A stretch of DNA of 64,000 nucleotides from Azospirillaceae bacterium (GTDB lineage: Bacteria > Pseudomonadota > Alphaproteobacteria > Azospirillales > Azospirillaceae). A program made the translations under genes and the position numbers. Location of the stretch: the NCBI GenBank assembly GCA_028283825.1, contig JAPWJW010000004.1, forward strand, positions 2,292 through 66,291, in the 5' to 3' direction. Position 1 is the first letter of the stretch; each line of letters begins with the position of its first letter. This document shows positions 8,488-17,037 of this stretch, piece after piece. Below the pieces are notes generated by a model, which was not told the origin of the DNA, made no database searches, and worked only from the letters and a program-made list of their open reading frames with translations.

Positions 8488-8838
8488 ATGGATATCCGTG
8501 CGATCCCCGAGCAGATCGGCGCCCAGGCTGTCTGGGATGGTGGCGACGGCCTGGTCGAGGCCGGCTATGTGCTGGACTGCAGCGGCCTGGTGATGGTGGT
8601 GCGGCGCCGCGATGGCGGCATCACCGTGCCCGTCTCCCTGCCGCGCCTGGAACACCACCAGCACGACGCGGTGGCCCTGGCCGTCAACGTCATGCGGGGG
8701 GTGTCCAACCACATGCCCGTCGCGGCCGAGACGCTGTCCCTGGCGGCGGCGGTGGTGGTGCTAGCCGACCGCCTGCAGGGCGTGCCCCTTACGCCGGCGC
8801 TGGACGGCAGCGGCCTGGTGCAGGCGGTGCCGTCATGA
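8488..8838 (+). CDS. Hypothetical early protein
   Basis: ORF track; tightly packed after B; high GC3; no family recognised. Confidence 0.5.
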   Translation: MDIRAIPEQIGAQAVWDGGDGLVEAGYVLDCSGLVMVVRRRDGGITVPVSLPRLEHHQHDAVALAVNVMRGVSNHMPVAAETLSLAAAVVVLADRLQGVPLTPALDGSGLVQAVPS

Positions 8839-9017
8839 CCGGCCGCCACACGCCGCCGGCCTGGCGCAGCGCCACAGCGCGCCGGCGCCGGTTCACCCCA
8901 GCGGCCCGCGCCCGGGCCTTCGCCTGCCTGCTGACCATGACGGGCGTCGTCATTTCCCCCACTCCCCGGCCGCGCCGTCGCGGCTTCATCACGCGGCTGA
9001 TCGCCGCCCTGTTCTGA
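8835..9017 (+). CDS. Hypothetical small basic protein
   Basis: ATGA start/stop overlap with the upstream ORF; 60 aa; Arg-rich. Confidence 0.35.
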   Translation: MTGRHTPPAWRSATARRRRFTPAARARAFACLLTMTGVVISPTPRPRRRGFITRLIAALF

Positions 9018-9027
9018 GAGAGGCACT

Positions 9028-9813
9028 ATGCTTGACATCATTCTTGCGGATTTGGAGCCGATCCCGGTCATCCCGACCACCGCGCCCACCCTGGCCAAAT
9101 GCCTGGTGTCGCTGATGACGGCCTTCGACCGGACGGATGCGGAATTCGCCGGCGCCTGGCGGGCTGCCTGCGCGGCGTTGGAAGCCGTCCCCAGCGTGTC
9201 AGCCGCTGTCTTGACCCTGCAGGACGGCGATTACTGGCGGGCCGAGGACGGCAGCCTGGTGCCCGTGCGTGCGGTGAAGGAGGCGGACAAGGTCGAGGAC
9301 GGCTTCGTGCGTAGCATCGCCGCGGCCGCCCTGCAGCTGTCCGGCAGCCTCGCCCGGTTCAAGGGCATGGCCATGAGCGAGGGGCAGGCCCTGGTAGACC
9401 TGCTGGGCGCCGACTATGGCGTCAAGGTCGGGGGCACCAAAGGCAACGTGTCCTTCTACACCTATGACCGGGAATGGCAGGTGGAGTTGGCGAAGGCCGA
9501 CAAGTTGTCGTTCGGCGCCGAAATCCAGGTGGCGCGCGCCGCCCTGGAACAGTGGGTGCAGGAAGCCCAGGGCGCCCCTGAACTGAAGCTGATCATCAAC
9601 CGCGCCTTTGGCCTCGATGCCGAGGGGCAGATCCGGGCGAACGAGCTGTTCCGCCTGATGGCCTACGAGATGCCGGGCGAGACCTGGGCCGCCGCCATGA
9701 AGGCGTTGCGCGACAGCATCCGGATCGACGGCAAGGCGGAGTACTTGCGCGTCCGCCGGCGCAACTCCGAAGGGCGTTACGACCTGGTGCCCCTCAGCCT
9801 GGCCAGCGTGTGA
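9028..9813 (+). CDS. DUF3164-like Mu-type early protein
   Basis: 261 aa. Segment VKVGGTKGNVSFYTYDREWQVELAKADKLSFG and its early-region position recall DUF3164 of Mu-like phages. Assignment is from memory. Confidence 0.45.
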   Translation: MLDIILADLEPIPVIPTTAPTLAKCLVSLMTAFDRTDAEFAGAWRAACAALEAVPSVSAAVLTLQDGDYWRAEDGSLVPVRAVKEADKVEDGFVRSIAAAALQLSGSLARFKGMAMSEGQALVDLLGADYGVKVGGTKGNVSFYTYDREWQVELAKADKLSFGAEIQVARAALEQWVQEAQGAPELKLIINRAFGLDAEGQIRANELFRLMAYEMPGETWAAAMKALRDSIRIDGKAEYLRVRRRNSEGRYDLVPLSLASV

Positions 9814-9823
9814 GGGGGCGGCG

Positions 9824-10075
9824 ATGGAAACGAAGTTCTATGACCTGACCGGGGAAGCCAGCCCCCAGCAACAGCAGGCGATCCTGATGCTGTCCAAGGG
9901 CATCTACAGGGCCGCCACCGATCTGGGCGGCGTGTTCGGGCCCGGCATCACGCTGAACGCCCTGATCACCGCCTACGTCAACATGGCGATGAAGGCAGTG
10001 GGCGCCCCTGCGGTGGCTGACAGCCTGCGCCAGGCGGCCGACATCCTGGATGCGGAGGGGGCGCTCAAGCAATGA
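9824..10075 (+). CDS. Hypothetical early protein
   Basis: ORF track; coupled to the next ORF. Confidence 0.5.
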   Translation: METKFYDLTGEASPQQQQAILMLSKGIYRAATDLGGVFGPGITLNALITAYVNMAMKAVGAPAVADSLRQAADILDAEGALKQ

Positions 10076-10314
10076 ACGTCCGCGACCACGATTGGTACGA
10101 CACTGAGGCGCAGAAGTCCCTGTACGGCCTGCAGGTGCACATCCCCTCCGTGGGCTGGTGCTTCGTCGCTCGGGCCGGGGCGCCGCTTCTATTCGCCACG
10201 GAGGCCGAGCGCACAGCGGAGCGGCAGCGCATGGCCGCCCTTCCGGAGCCGGCCACCCTGGCCGGCGTGGTGCGCAAGGCGGTGGTGACGGATGCGGGAG
10301 GGCAGCCGGCATGA
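10072..10314 (+). CDS. Hypothetical early protein
   Basis: ATGA overlap with the upstream stop. Confidence 0.5.
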   Translation: MNVRDHDWYDTEAQKSLYGLQVHIPSVGWCFVARAGAPLLFATEAERTAERQRMAALPEPATLAGVVRKAVVTDAGGQPA

Positions 10315-10562
10315 CCGCGACCACCAGCCGCGACCACCCGCTGATCGACGCCCTGCGTGGGCTGTGCGAGGAGCACGATCTGCCCAGCGCCGTGCTGCTG
10401 GTCCCCAACCCCCAGGCGGGAACCATGCGCATGGTGGCCGTAGGGCCGGCGCCGCACGGGGCGGCGATTGAGGGCCTGGGCACCGACCTGCTGCAGGCCA
10501 TCGCTGACGGCCAGTTCGACAGCGCCGCGCTGGCCGTCCTGCAGGGGGGCGCTGTCCAATGA
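10311..10562 (+). CDS. Hypothetical early protein
   Basis: ATG 10311 overlaps the upstream stop (ATGA). MTATTSRDHPLIDALRGLCEEH... Confidence 0.5.
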   Translation: MTATTSRDHPLIDALRGLCEEHDLPSAVLLVPNPQAGTMRMVAVGPAPHGAAIEGLGTDLLQAIADGQFDSAALAVLQGGAVQ

Positions 10563-10930
10563 GCGACCAGCGTACATGCCCCATCGAGGGCTGTCCGGTG
10601 CACATCGACGGGACCCACCTGATGTGCCGGGCCCATTGGCTGCAGGTGCCCGGCTGGCTGCGCCGGAAGATCACCAAGGCCTGGCGCGACTACCGCGCCA
10701 TCCGCCTGTCCACCGACCACGTGGAGGTGCTGGCGGCGATCCGCACCCACCGGGTGGTGGCGGATGAGGCGGTGGCGTTCATCAACGCCAGGCCTGCCGC
10801 GGCGCCGGCTGAGGCCGAGGACGCCCCCCCGGAACATCTTCGCTGGCCGGGACCAGGCCCGGCGCCGGCCAGCTGGTGGGCCGCTGACGGCACCAAGGTC
10901 TACCGGGACTACGACGCGTACTGCGACTGA
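10559..10930 (+). CDS. Hypothetical Cys/His-motif protein
   Basis: CPIEGCPVHIDGTHLMCRAHW suggests a small metal-binding motif. Start overlaps the upstream stop. Confidence 0.5.
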   Translation: MSDQRTCPIEGCPVHIDGTHLMCRAHWLQVPGWLRRKITKAWRDYRAIRLSTDHVEVLAAIRTHRVVADEAVAFINARPAAAPAEAEDAPPEHLRWPGPGPAPASWWAADGTKVYRDYDAYCD

Positions 10931-10980
10931 CCAACAGCCGCTTAACCGCCCCCTAAGAGGGGCTTTGAAGGAGAGCACCC

Positions 10981-11196
10981 ATGAAGAAAAGCGAGTGCAT
11001 CGGCGTCCCTGTTTCCCTCGACACGCTGGCCGCCTCCGTCGTCGTCAACACCCAAACCCTGGGTGTTTTCATCAACACCCTGGCCGAAGAAATCCAGGAC
11101 CAGATGGGCCACCCCCTCACCGTCGCGAAGGACATCGTCCGGTACCTCGACGACGACGGCCGGGACCTGCTGACCAAGCTGTCAGCAGCGATCTGA
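10981..11196 (+). CDS. Hypothetical small acidic protein
   Basis: 71 aa with strong RBS GAAGGAGAG. Bracketed by short GC hairpins at about 10948-10963 and 11211-11226. Confidence 0.55.
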   Translation: MKKSECIGVPVSLDTLAASVVVNTQTLGVFINTLAEEIQDQMGHPLTVAKDIVRYLDDDGRDLLTKLSAAI

Positions 11197-11245
11197 CCCC
11201 CATCACCACCGGCCCCTGAGAGGGCCTTCATAAGGAGCAAAGAGC

Positions 11246-11518
11246 ATGAACAAAGCTGAACTGATCGACGCCCTCTGCGGCCAGGTGAACCCGGCGCACA
11301 TGCGCAAGAGCGACGTGATCGAGTTGATCGACCAACTGGCGCCGGTCATCCAGGCCGGCCTGGCCAAGGATGGCCGCGTGACCCTCCCCGGCGTCGCCAT
11401 CATCTCCGTCAAGGACGTGCCCGCGCGCACCGGCCGCAATCCGAAGACGGGCGAGCCAATTGAGATCCCCGGCAAGCGCAAGGCCGTGTTCAAGGCCGTC
11501 AAGGGTTTCCTGGCCTGA
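11246..11518 (+). CDS. HU/IHF-family DNA-binding protein
   Basis: MNKAELIDAL...RVTLPGVAIISVKDVPARTGRNPKTGEPIEIPGKRKAVFKAVKG is the canonical HU fold signature (R.GRNP.TGE.I.I). 90 aa. Confidence 0.85.
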   Translation: MNKAELIDALCGQVNPAHMRKSDVIELIDQLAPVIQAGLAKDGRVTLPGVAIISVKDVPARTGRNPKTGEPIEIPGKRKAVFKAVKGFLA

Positions 11519-11528
11519 CGGCTCACAG

Positions 11529-11552
11529 GCGCCCCGGTCCCGGCCGGGGCGC
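11529..11552 (+). terminator. GC hairpin after the HU-like gene (9-bp stem), possible attenuator or stability element
   Basis: GCGCCCCGG tcccgg CCGGGGCGC, read directly. No U-tract follows. Confidence 0.35.
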
Positions 11553-11589
11553 TCAGTGAACCGTCAGCCCCTAAAGGAGGGAATTCGAA

Positions 11590-12003
11590 GTGAACCAGAC
11601 ACATGCCGCCCGCAAGGCCATCAACCAGCCCATCGACATTCATGTGGGTGGCCGCCTGAAGCTGCGCCGTACCCTGCTGGGCCTCAGCCAGGAAAAGCTG
11701 GGGGAGGCATTGGGCCTGACCTTCCAGCAGGTGCAGAAGTATGAGCGCGGCGCCAATCGCATCAGTGCGTCGATGCTGCATCGCCTCAGCGAATTGTTGG
11801 ACGTTCCCGTCAGCTTCTTCTTCTTCGGGGTGGAAGACGCCACGTCCCAACCCGCGCTGACGGCGCCGGTGGACGAGACGCGGGATCGCGCCACGCTTGA
11901 GCTATGCCGTGCCTTCGGCCGCCTGACGCCGCGCCGTCAGGATTGGGTGCTGAAGATGGTCAAGGAACTGGCCAGCGACGCGCCGGCCCTGGCGGCGGAG
12001 TGA
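11590..12003 (+). CDS. XRE-family HTH protein
   Basis: GGRLKLRRTLLGLSQEKLGEALGLTFQQVQKYERGANRISASMLHRLSELLDVPVSFFF. GTG start with RBS AAAGGAGGG. Confidence 0.8.
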   Translation: MNQTHAARKAINQPIDIHVGGRLKLRRTLLGLSQEKLGEALGLTFQQVQKYERGANRISASMLHRLSELLDVPVSFFFFGVEDATSQPALTAPVDETRDRATLELCRAFGRLTPRRQDWVLKMVKELASDAPALAAE

Positions 12004-12009
12004 TCGGCC

Positions 12010-12867
12010 ATGACCACCGCCCAATCCATGGATGGCCTGGTCACGCTGCGCGCCGACCTGTTGCGGCGCGCGTTGACCGAGACAAGCTGCCTGTCCGATG
12101 CGCTGGGCCTGGCCCGCCAGGCCTACGCCTTCGTTGCCGGGGAGGCTGAACCCCCAGCGATGCCCCCCCCGGTTGCTGCCCCATCTTTCAGCGCAACCAT
12201 CCGCCTGGACGAGATGGCCATACGCCCAGATGCGCCGGTGGTGGTCGTGCCCTTGGCTGCCGCGCCAGCGCCGGCCGCCGGCACCGGCCTGTGGACGGAG
12301 GCCGACAAGCACCTGGTGGTGCAAATGCTCCGTGACGGCGCCAAGGTGATCGACATCGCTGGCGCCGTGAGCCGGTCAGTCTCGGCCATCAACTCCTTCG
12401 TCCACAAGATGGGCGGCCGGGACGCGCTGCTGACCGTCGCCCCGGCTGAAGCGGAGCCGGCGGAACCGGCGCCCCTGGTGCCCCCGGTGCTACCGCCCAA
12501 GGGGCCCTTCACGGCGGATGAGGTACAGCGCCTGGGTCAGGCGCTGGAAGATGGGGCCACGCAGGAACAGGCGGCCGAGTACCTGGCGCGGCCCATCGAG
12601 GACATCCGCCAACAGCTGGTCAAGGCGGGCGGGCGGGACGCCTGGTTGGGGGAATGGCGCCGCGCCCAGATGCCGGCGCCCCCGGCGCCCGCGCCGCAGC
12701 CCTCCACCTTCAACACCTATCCCAGCCGCCGGGATGGCGCCCGGCCGGAGGTGACACCGGAGGAACGGGCCGCCATCGATGCGCGGGTGGCGGCGGGCGG
12801 CGTCACCCAGGTGGCCACGAATTTCCATCGGGGCCATGAACCCCAAATCCTCAAGGATCTGTCATGA
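12010..12867 (+). CDS. Hypothetical protein with two Myb/SANT- or GcrA-like helix repeats and Pro-rich linkers
   Basis: Repeats WTEADKHLVVQMLRDGAKVIDIAGAVSRSVSAINSFVHKMGG and FTADEVQRLGQALEDGATQEQAAEYLARPIEDIRQQLVKAGG. Confidence 0.5.
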   Translation: MTTAQSMDGLVTLRADLLRRALTETSCLSDALGLARQAYAFVAGEAEPPAMPPPVAAPSFSATIRLDEMAIRPDAPVVVVPLAAAPAPAAGTGLWTEADKHLVVQMLRDGAKVIDIAGAVSRSVSAINSFVHKMGGRDALLTVAPAEAEPAEPAPLVPPVLPPKGPFTADEVQRLGQALEDGATQEQAAEYLARPIEDIRQQLVKAGGRDAWLGEWRRAQMPAPPAPAPQPSTFNTYPSRRDGARPEVTPEERAAIDARVAAGGVTQVATNFHRGHEPQILKDLS

Positions 12868-13103
12868 CCAGCCAGATCGACATGGGGCGGCTGCGGGCGG
12901 AGTGCCTGGTGCTCGCCACCCGGGCGGTGCCGGACATCGCCGCGGCCGAGCGGCTGGCCGACCGCATGTGCGGCCTGGTCATCGCCGCCGCCACGCCGGC
13001 CCCGCTGCCGCCCCTGGTGAGCGCGCCGGCCAACACCGACGCTCTCACCAGTTTCCCGCCGTCCTGGTTCCGGGAACCCACCCGCATCGACCGCAAGCCC
13101 TGA
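12864..13103 (+). CDS. Hypothetical early protein
   Basis: ATGA overlap with the upstream stop. Confidence 0.45.
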   Translation: MTSQIDMGRLRAECLVLATRAVPDIAAAERLADRMCGLVIAAATPAPLPPLVSAPANTDALTSFPPSWFREPTRIDRKP

Positions 13104-13113
13104 GGAAAAGACG

Positions 13114-13599
13114 ATGAAGGTCAATGTGAACCAAGCGGTGCTGTTCCAGCTGACGGATCATGGCCACGCCTTGCTCCGTCAGTACTGCGACCAGGTGGCC
13201 GCCCGCATCGCCACGATGACAACTGGCAGAACAGATCAGGCTGCCGTTTCAGCCGAGCAGCTGGCCATGTACCTCGGGAACACCGATGAATTCGGCCGCA
13301 TGCGGATGACGCTGTGGCATTTCATGTCCGTCTTCGGGCCGGCCTTCATCCTGGGCAATCCACCGCCCGTGGTGGCCTGCGCCCTTGAGGTTGTCCCCGA
13401 CGATGGCCTTGAGGCTGCAGCTGCCGATGAGGCGGCCGAGTTGAAGGCGACGTTCGACCTGCGCTGGAAGGCCGACATGCGCGCCATCGCGCGTTGGCAG
13501 GCCGCCACGGGCAAAACTCTGACCTGGCCGGACCATGCCGACCTCTGCGTTTGGCTGATGGAACAGCTGGACGCCACCGCCCACGTCGAGAAGGCCTGA
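13114..13599 (+). CDS. Hypothetical early protein
   Basis: RBS AGGAAAAG; 161 aa; no family recognised. Confidence 0.5.
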   Translation: MKVNVNQAVLFQLTDHGHALLRQYCDQVAARIATMTTGRTDQAAVSAEQLAMYLGNTDEFGRMRMTLWHFMSVFGPAFILGNPPPVVACALEVVPDDGLEAAAADEAAELKATFDLRWKADMRAIARWQAATGKTLTWPDHADLCVWLMEQLDATAHVEKA

Positions 13600-13601
13600 T
13601 C

Positions 13602-14519
13602 ATGGGACGAGACACCAGCATCGAATGGGCTCGCCACACCTTCAATCCGTGGTGGGGGTGCGTGAAGCTGAGCCCGGCCTGCGACAACTGCTATGCCGAG
13701 GCCTGGGACAAGCGCACCGGCGGCGATCACTGGGGGCCACACGCCGAATACCGGCTGTTCGGCGACAAGCACTGGAATGAGCCGCTGCGCTGGAACAAGG
13801 CTGCCCTGGCCGCCGGGGAACGGCACCGCGTGTTCTCCGCCAGCATGGCGGACATATTCGACAACCGGGCCCCCGAGGCCGAGCGGTACCGTCTGTGGGA
13901 GTTGATCCGCGCCACGCCCGCGCTGGATTGGCTGCTGCTGACGAAGCGCCCCCAGAACATCGCCCAGATGCTGCCCGCGAACTGGGGTGAGGGCTACCCC
14001 AACGTCTGGCTGGGCACGACGGTTGAGAACGAGGCCGAGGCGGCACGGCGCATCGATCACCTGTTGAAGGTGCCGGCCGCCCTGCATTTCCTGTCGTGCG
14101 AACCATTGCTGGGGTTCGTGAACTTGGAAACGCTCCCCAGGACGGTTGCCGGTATTCCCGGGGTGATGAATGTCCTCACGGGCACATGGCGCCGTTCAAG
14201 TTCCTTTCTCACGCCGCCGTCATCGCATCGGGTGGTTGGCCTTCCCGAGATCGATTGGGTCATTTGCGGCGGGGAAAGTGGGCCCGGCGCCCGGCCGATG
14301 GATCCGGATTGGGCGCGCTCCCTGCGAGCGCAGTGCCAGCGGGCTGGAGTGCCCTTCCTATTCAAGCAGTGGGGCGACTGGCATGCGGACGCCCTCCGTT
14401 TCACCGAGGTCGGAACCGGGGCGTGCCCACCAGCAAATATGAGGGTGGGAAAGAAGGCGGCCGGCCGCCTGCTGGACGGCGTGACATGGGACCAGGTCCC
14501 CCAGCTGGGGGAGCGCTGA
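13602..14519 (+). CDS. Phage Gp37/Gp68 family protein (DUF5131)
   Basis: IEWARHTFNPWWGCVKLSPACDNCYAE, LLLTKRP, HFLSCEPLLG, DWVICGGESGPGARPMDPDWARSLRAQC and VPFLFKQWG blocks match DUF5131 as I remember it. Confidence 0.7.
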   Translation: MGRDTSIEWARHTFNPWWGCVKLSPACDNCYAEAWDKRTGGDHWGPHAEYRLFGDKHWNEPLRWNKAALAAGERHRVFSASMADIFDNRAPEAERYRLWELIRATPALDWLLLTKRPQNIAQMLPANWGEGYPNVWLGTTVENEAEAARRIDHLLKVPAALHFLSCEPLLGFVNLETLPRTVAGIPGVMNVLTGTWRRSSSFLTPPSSHRVVGLPEIDWVICGGESGPGARPMDPDWARSLRAQCQRAGVPFLFKQWGDWHADALRFTEVGTGACPPANMRVGKKAAGRLLDGVTWDQVPQLGER

Positions 14520-14522
14520 TCC

Positions 14523-14732
14523 ATGGATCAGAATGAGATTAATCGCGAACGGACCACCCGCATGTTGAGTGCGGCCATTGTCGTGCGGGCGGCCGCGAAG
14601 GCGACAGGCCTGGCACGTGGATCGGTGGACTGCCCGCTCTGCACTGGGAAGGTGCGGTTCGCCGTCAACCCCCCAAATGGCCACGTCCGCGCCGCCTGCG
14701 AAACCCCGGATTGCTTCTCGTTCATCGAATAA
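14523..14732 (+). CDS. Small zinc-ribbon-like protein
   Basis: CPLCTGK...ACETPDC four-Cys pattern; 69 aa. Confidence 0.5.
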   Translation: MDQNEINRERTTRMLSAAIVVRAAAKATGLARGSVDCPLCTGKVRFAVNPPNGHVRAACETPDCFSFIE

Positions 14733-14746
14733 GAGGGGGACCGACT

Positions 14747-15016
14747 ATGCCTGCCACTCTTGCCCTGGGCTGCCTGCTGACCAAGCTGCGCAGCAATCGC
14801 GCGCTGACCAGCGCTGATCGCGTCGCTGCCCGCCGCGACCTGGTCGCTGCCATGGCCGGCCAGTCCCAGCCCATCGACCGCGCCGCAGCCGAGGCCGCTG
14901 TGCACAGCCTGCTGGCCGAGTTGCGTCAGATGGGGTTCAGCGCGGCCGACCTGGTCGAAATCTTCAATGCCGGGGCGTTGGACCGCACCGGCCCCGTGGG
15001 GGTGCGCCATGGCTGA
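14747..15016 (+). CDS. Hypothetical early protein
   Basis: ATG 14747 preceded by AGAGGGGGA RBS. Trimmed from the 14711 track start. Confidence 0.5.
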   Translation: MPATLALGCLLTKLRSNRALTSADRVAARRDLVAAMAGQSQPIDRAAAEAAVHSLLAELRQMGFSAADLVEIFNAGALDRTGPVGVRHG

Positions 15017-15725
15017 TTTGCGCGCCATCCGGGACAAGATCAGGGCGCTTCGGGCCAAGACCGTGAAGAACGGCTGCACCGAGGCCGAGGCCGCTGCGGC
15101 GGCCGAACTGGCCATGCGTCTCATGTCCACCCACGGCATCGATGCCGAAGAGGTTGAACAGCCTGAGTTTGAAGAGGCAGAAGAGGCTTTGGCCGCGCGC
15201 CGGTCCGCCGTCGATAACCTGTGGCCCTACGTCGCCATGGTCTGCGGTTGCACCCTCTATCTCACAGGCACCGGTGATCGGCGGCGTGTGGTCTATTTCG
15301 GCCTGGCGCCCAATCCCGAAATCGCGGCCTACGTGCACGACGTGTGTCACGGCGCCGTCCGCCGGGCCGTCGCTGATTTCCGCCAGACGCCGGAGTACAA
15401 GCGCAAGCGCCTGGCGCGCACGCGGAACGAGCTGGTGCGCGCCTTCACCGAGGCCCTGGTTCAGCGCGTTGGCTCCCGCCTGGTCGATATGCGGTTCGGC
15501 ATCGGCTGGGGTGACCTGAAGAAACTGAGCCGTCAAGCCAAGCAGGAACTGGATCTCCGGCACACCGACTTGCGGACGCTGCCGCCGATCAAGACGGCGT
15601 CGCAAGGCGCTCGCCTGGGGAATGCGCGCCTGGCGGGCGCCATGGCCGGCAACGCCGTGGACATCAACATGGGCGTCGCGGGGCAGAAGGACGTGAAGCG
15701 GCTGGGAGGGGCGAACCATGGATGA
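15009..15725 (+). CDS. DUF2786-domain protein
   Basis: N-terminus KIRALRAKTVKNGCTEAEAAAAAELAMRLM is the DUF2786 signature. ATG 15009 overlaps the upstream ORF end. Confidence 0.6.
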   Translation: MADLRAIRDKIRALRAKTVKNGCTEAEAAAAAELAMRLMSTHGIDAEEVEQPEFEEAEEALAARRSAVDNLWPYVAMVCGCTLYLTGTGDRRRVVYFGLAPNPEIAAYVHDVCHGAVRRAVADFRQTPEYKRKRLARTRNELVRAFTEALVQRVGSRLVDMRFGIGWGDLKKLSRQAKQELDLRHTDLRTLPPIKTASQGARLGNARLAGAMAGNAVDINMGVAGQKDVKRLGGANHG

Positions 15726-15873
15726 TGTGTGCCCGGTCTGCGGCGCCGTTTGGGGCATTGAAGAGATGGATTTCGGGGTCTGCGACTGCTGCGGCTACCC
15801 CGATGACGACTTCTTTGAAGGGCAGATGGATCCGGAAACCGACGTGGTTCCGGCGGGGACGGCACGCCCATGA
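15718..15873 (+). CDS. 51-aa zinc-ribbon protein (below ORF-track cutoff)
   Basis: Own translation MDDVCPVCGAVWGIEEMDFGVCDCCGYPDDDFFEGQMDPETDVVPAGTARP. Overlaps the upstream stop and the downstream start (ATGA). Confidence 0.5.
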   Translation: MDDVCPVCGAVWGIEEMDFGVCDCCGYPDDDFFEGQMDPETDVVPAGTARP

Positions 15874-16296
15874 CCACCGCCGCTGCCATCCGGGCCGTGC
15901 AGGCCTGCCGCCGCAAGGTCGCTGGCCTGGACGATGACGCGACCTGGCGCGACCTCCTGCACCAGGTCACCGGCCTGCGCAGCCTACGCGACATGACCGG
16001 CCCTCAGCTGGGCCGCGTCATCGACGCGCTGCACGCCCGTGGGGCGCCGAAGGGCCCCGGCCGGCGCGTGCTAGCCGACGATCCGCAGTCGATGAAGATC
16101 CGGGCGATGTGGCTGGCGCTGGGGAAGATCAGCCAGGTCAAGAGCACCACCGAGGCGGCGATCTCCGCCTGGGCCGGCCGCCAGCTGGGCAAGCCGGTGG
16201 CCGATCTGCGCCTTCCTGACAGGCGCAGATCGGCGCCGGCTGATCGAGGCGCTGAAGCAGTGGCATCAGCGTGTGGGGCTGGACACCGATGCGTGA
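15870..16296 (+). pseudogene. gemA: GemA/Mu gp16-like protein (DUF1018) with a frame break near 16210-16213 (or sequencing error)
   Basis: N-part: KVAGLDDDATWRDLLHQVTGLRSLRDMTGPQLGRVIDALH...KIRAMWLALG. After about 16212 the family-like C-terminus FLTGADRRRLIEALKQWHQRVGLDTDA* lies in the +1 frame and stops at 16296, just before the convergent gene. Length is 427 nt (3n+1). Confidence 0.55.
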
Positions 16297-16300
16297 CCAG

Positions 16301-16969
16301 CTACCCCTTGATGGCCTTCAGGGCGTCGTCGTTGAGGTCGGCGAACATAGCCAGCATGGTGCTGACTATGTGCTCCTCCTTAATCATGGCGTGATCATAG
16401 ATGTAGGCCATGCGGATGATTTGCTCTTCCGCATTCTGCAGATTGTTCTTTTTCTCGATCAGCTTCAGGTCGGGCGTGAGGTAGGGGGCGCGATCCACAT
16501 CCGCGTTCTTCTTTGCGGCGTCATTCCTCAGTTCACCCTTCAGCTCTTCATACTTGGCCTTGGATTTTTCTTCCGCCGTGACCATGGCGGCCTCCCAGTT
16601 ATCCATCGCCGACGCAGGGACTTCGAGGGCCTGAGCAATCTTGATGATGTTGGGCAGGCAGAGGCGGCTTACCCCTTCGCGAGCACAGTCGAAGTGCATC
16701 GCCCAGCCCCTCTGAAAGGTCTTTCCCACGTTCATAACGGCCTGCAGCGTTTTCTGCTGCTGGGTATTGAGAGCCCCATCCGCCTGAGCCTCACGTGTCT
16801 TGTAGTCGATGCGTTTGAGGGTCTCGCCCAGTTCGGCCGGCGTGACGCCCTGTTCCAGGGACACCTGCAGGCGCAGCAGCTCATCCCGCACAGCACGGCG
16901 GTCGTCATCCTTCTGGCAACCGGTCAGCATCAGTGCGGCAACCAGCGCCGCCACGGGAATTGCACGCAT
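16301..16969 (-). CDS. Prophage lipoprotein, reverse-oriented (moron)
   Basis: MRAIPVAALVAALMLTGCQKDD is a signal peptide plus lipobox LTGC. GGGGGA RBS. Visibly lower GC than neighbours. Convergent with gemA-like, divergent from mor/C-like. Confidence 0.7.
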   Translation of the reverse strand: MRAIPVAALVAALMLTGCQKDDDRRAVRDELLRLQVSLEQGVTPAELGETLKRIDYKTREAQADGALNTQQQKTLQAVMNVGKTFQRGWAMHFDCAREGVSRLCLPNIIKIAQALEVPASAMDNWEAAMVTAEEKSKAKYEELKGELRNDAAKKNADVDRAPYLTPDLKLIEKKNNLQNAEEQIIRMAYIYDHAMIKEEHIVSTMLAMFADLNDDALKAIKG

Positions 16970-17037
16970 CACGTCCCCCAAGTTGCAAAGCTGCTGCGAC
17001 ACTACCGCAAGGTGGCGGGGCCGGCCAAGGTGGGCGC

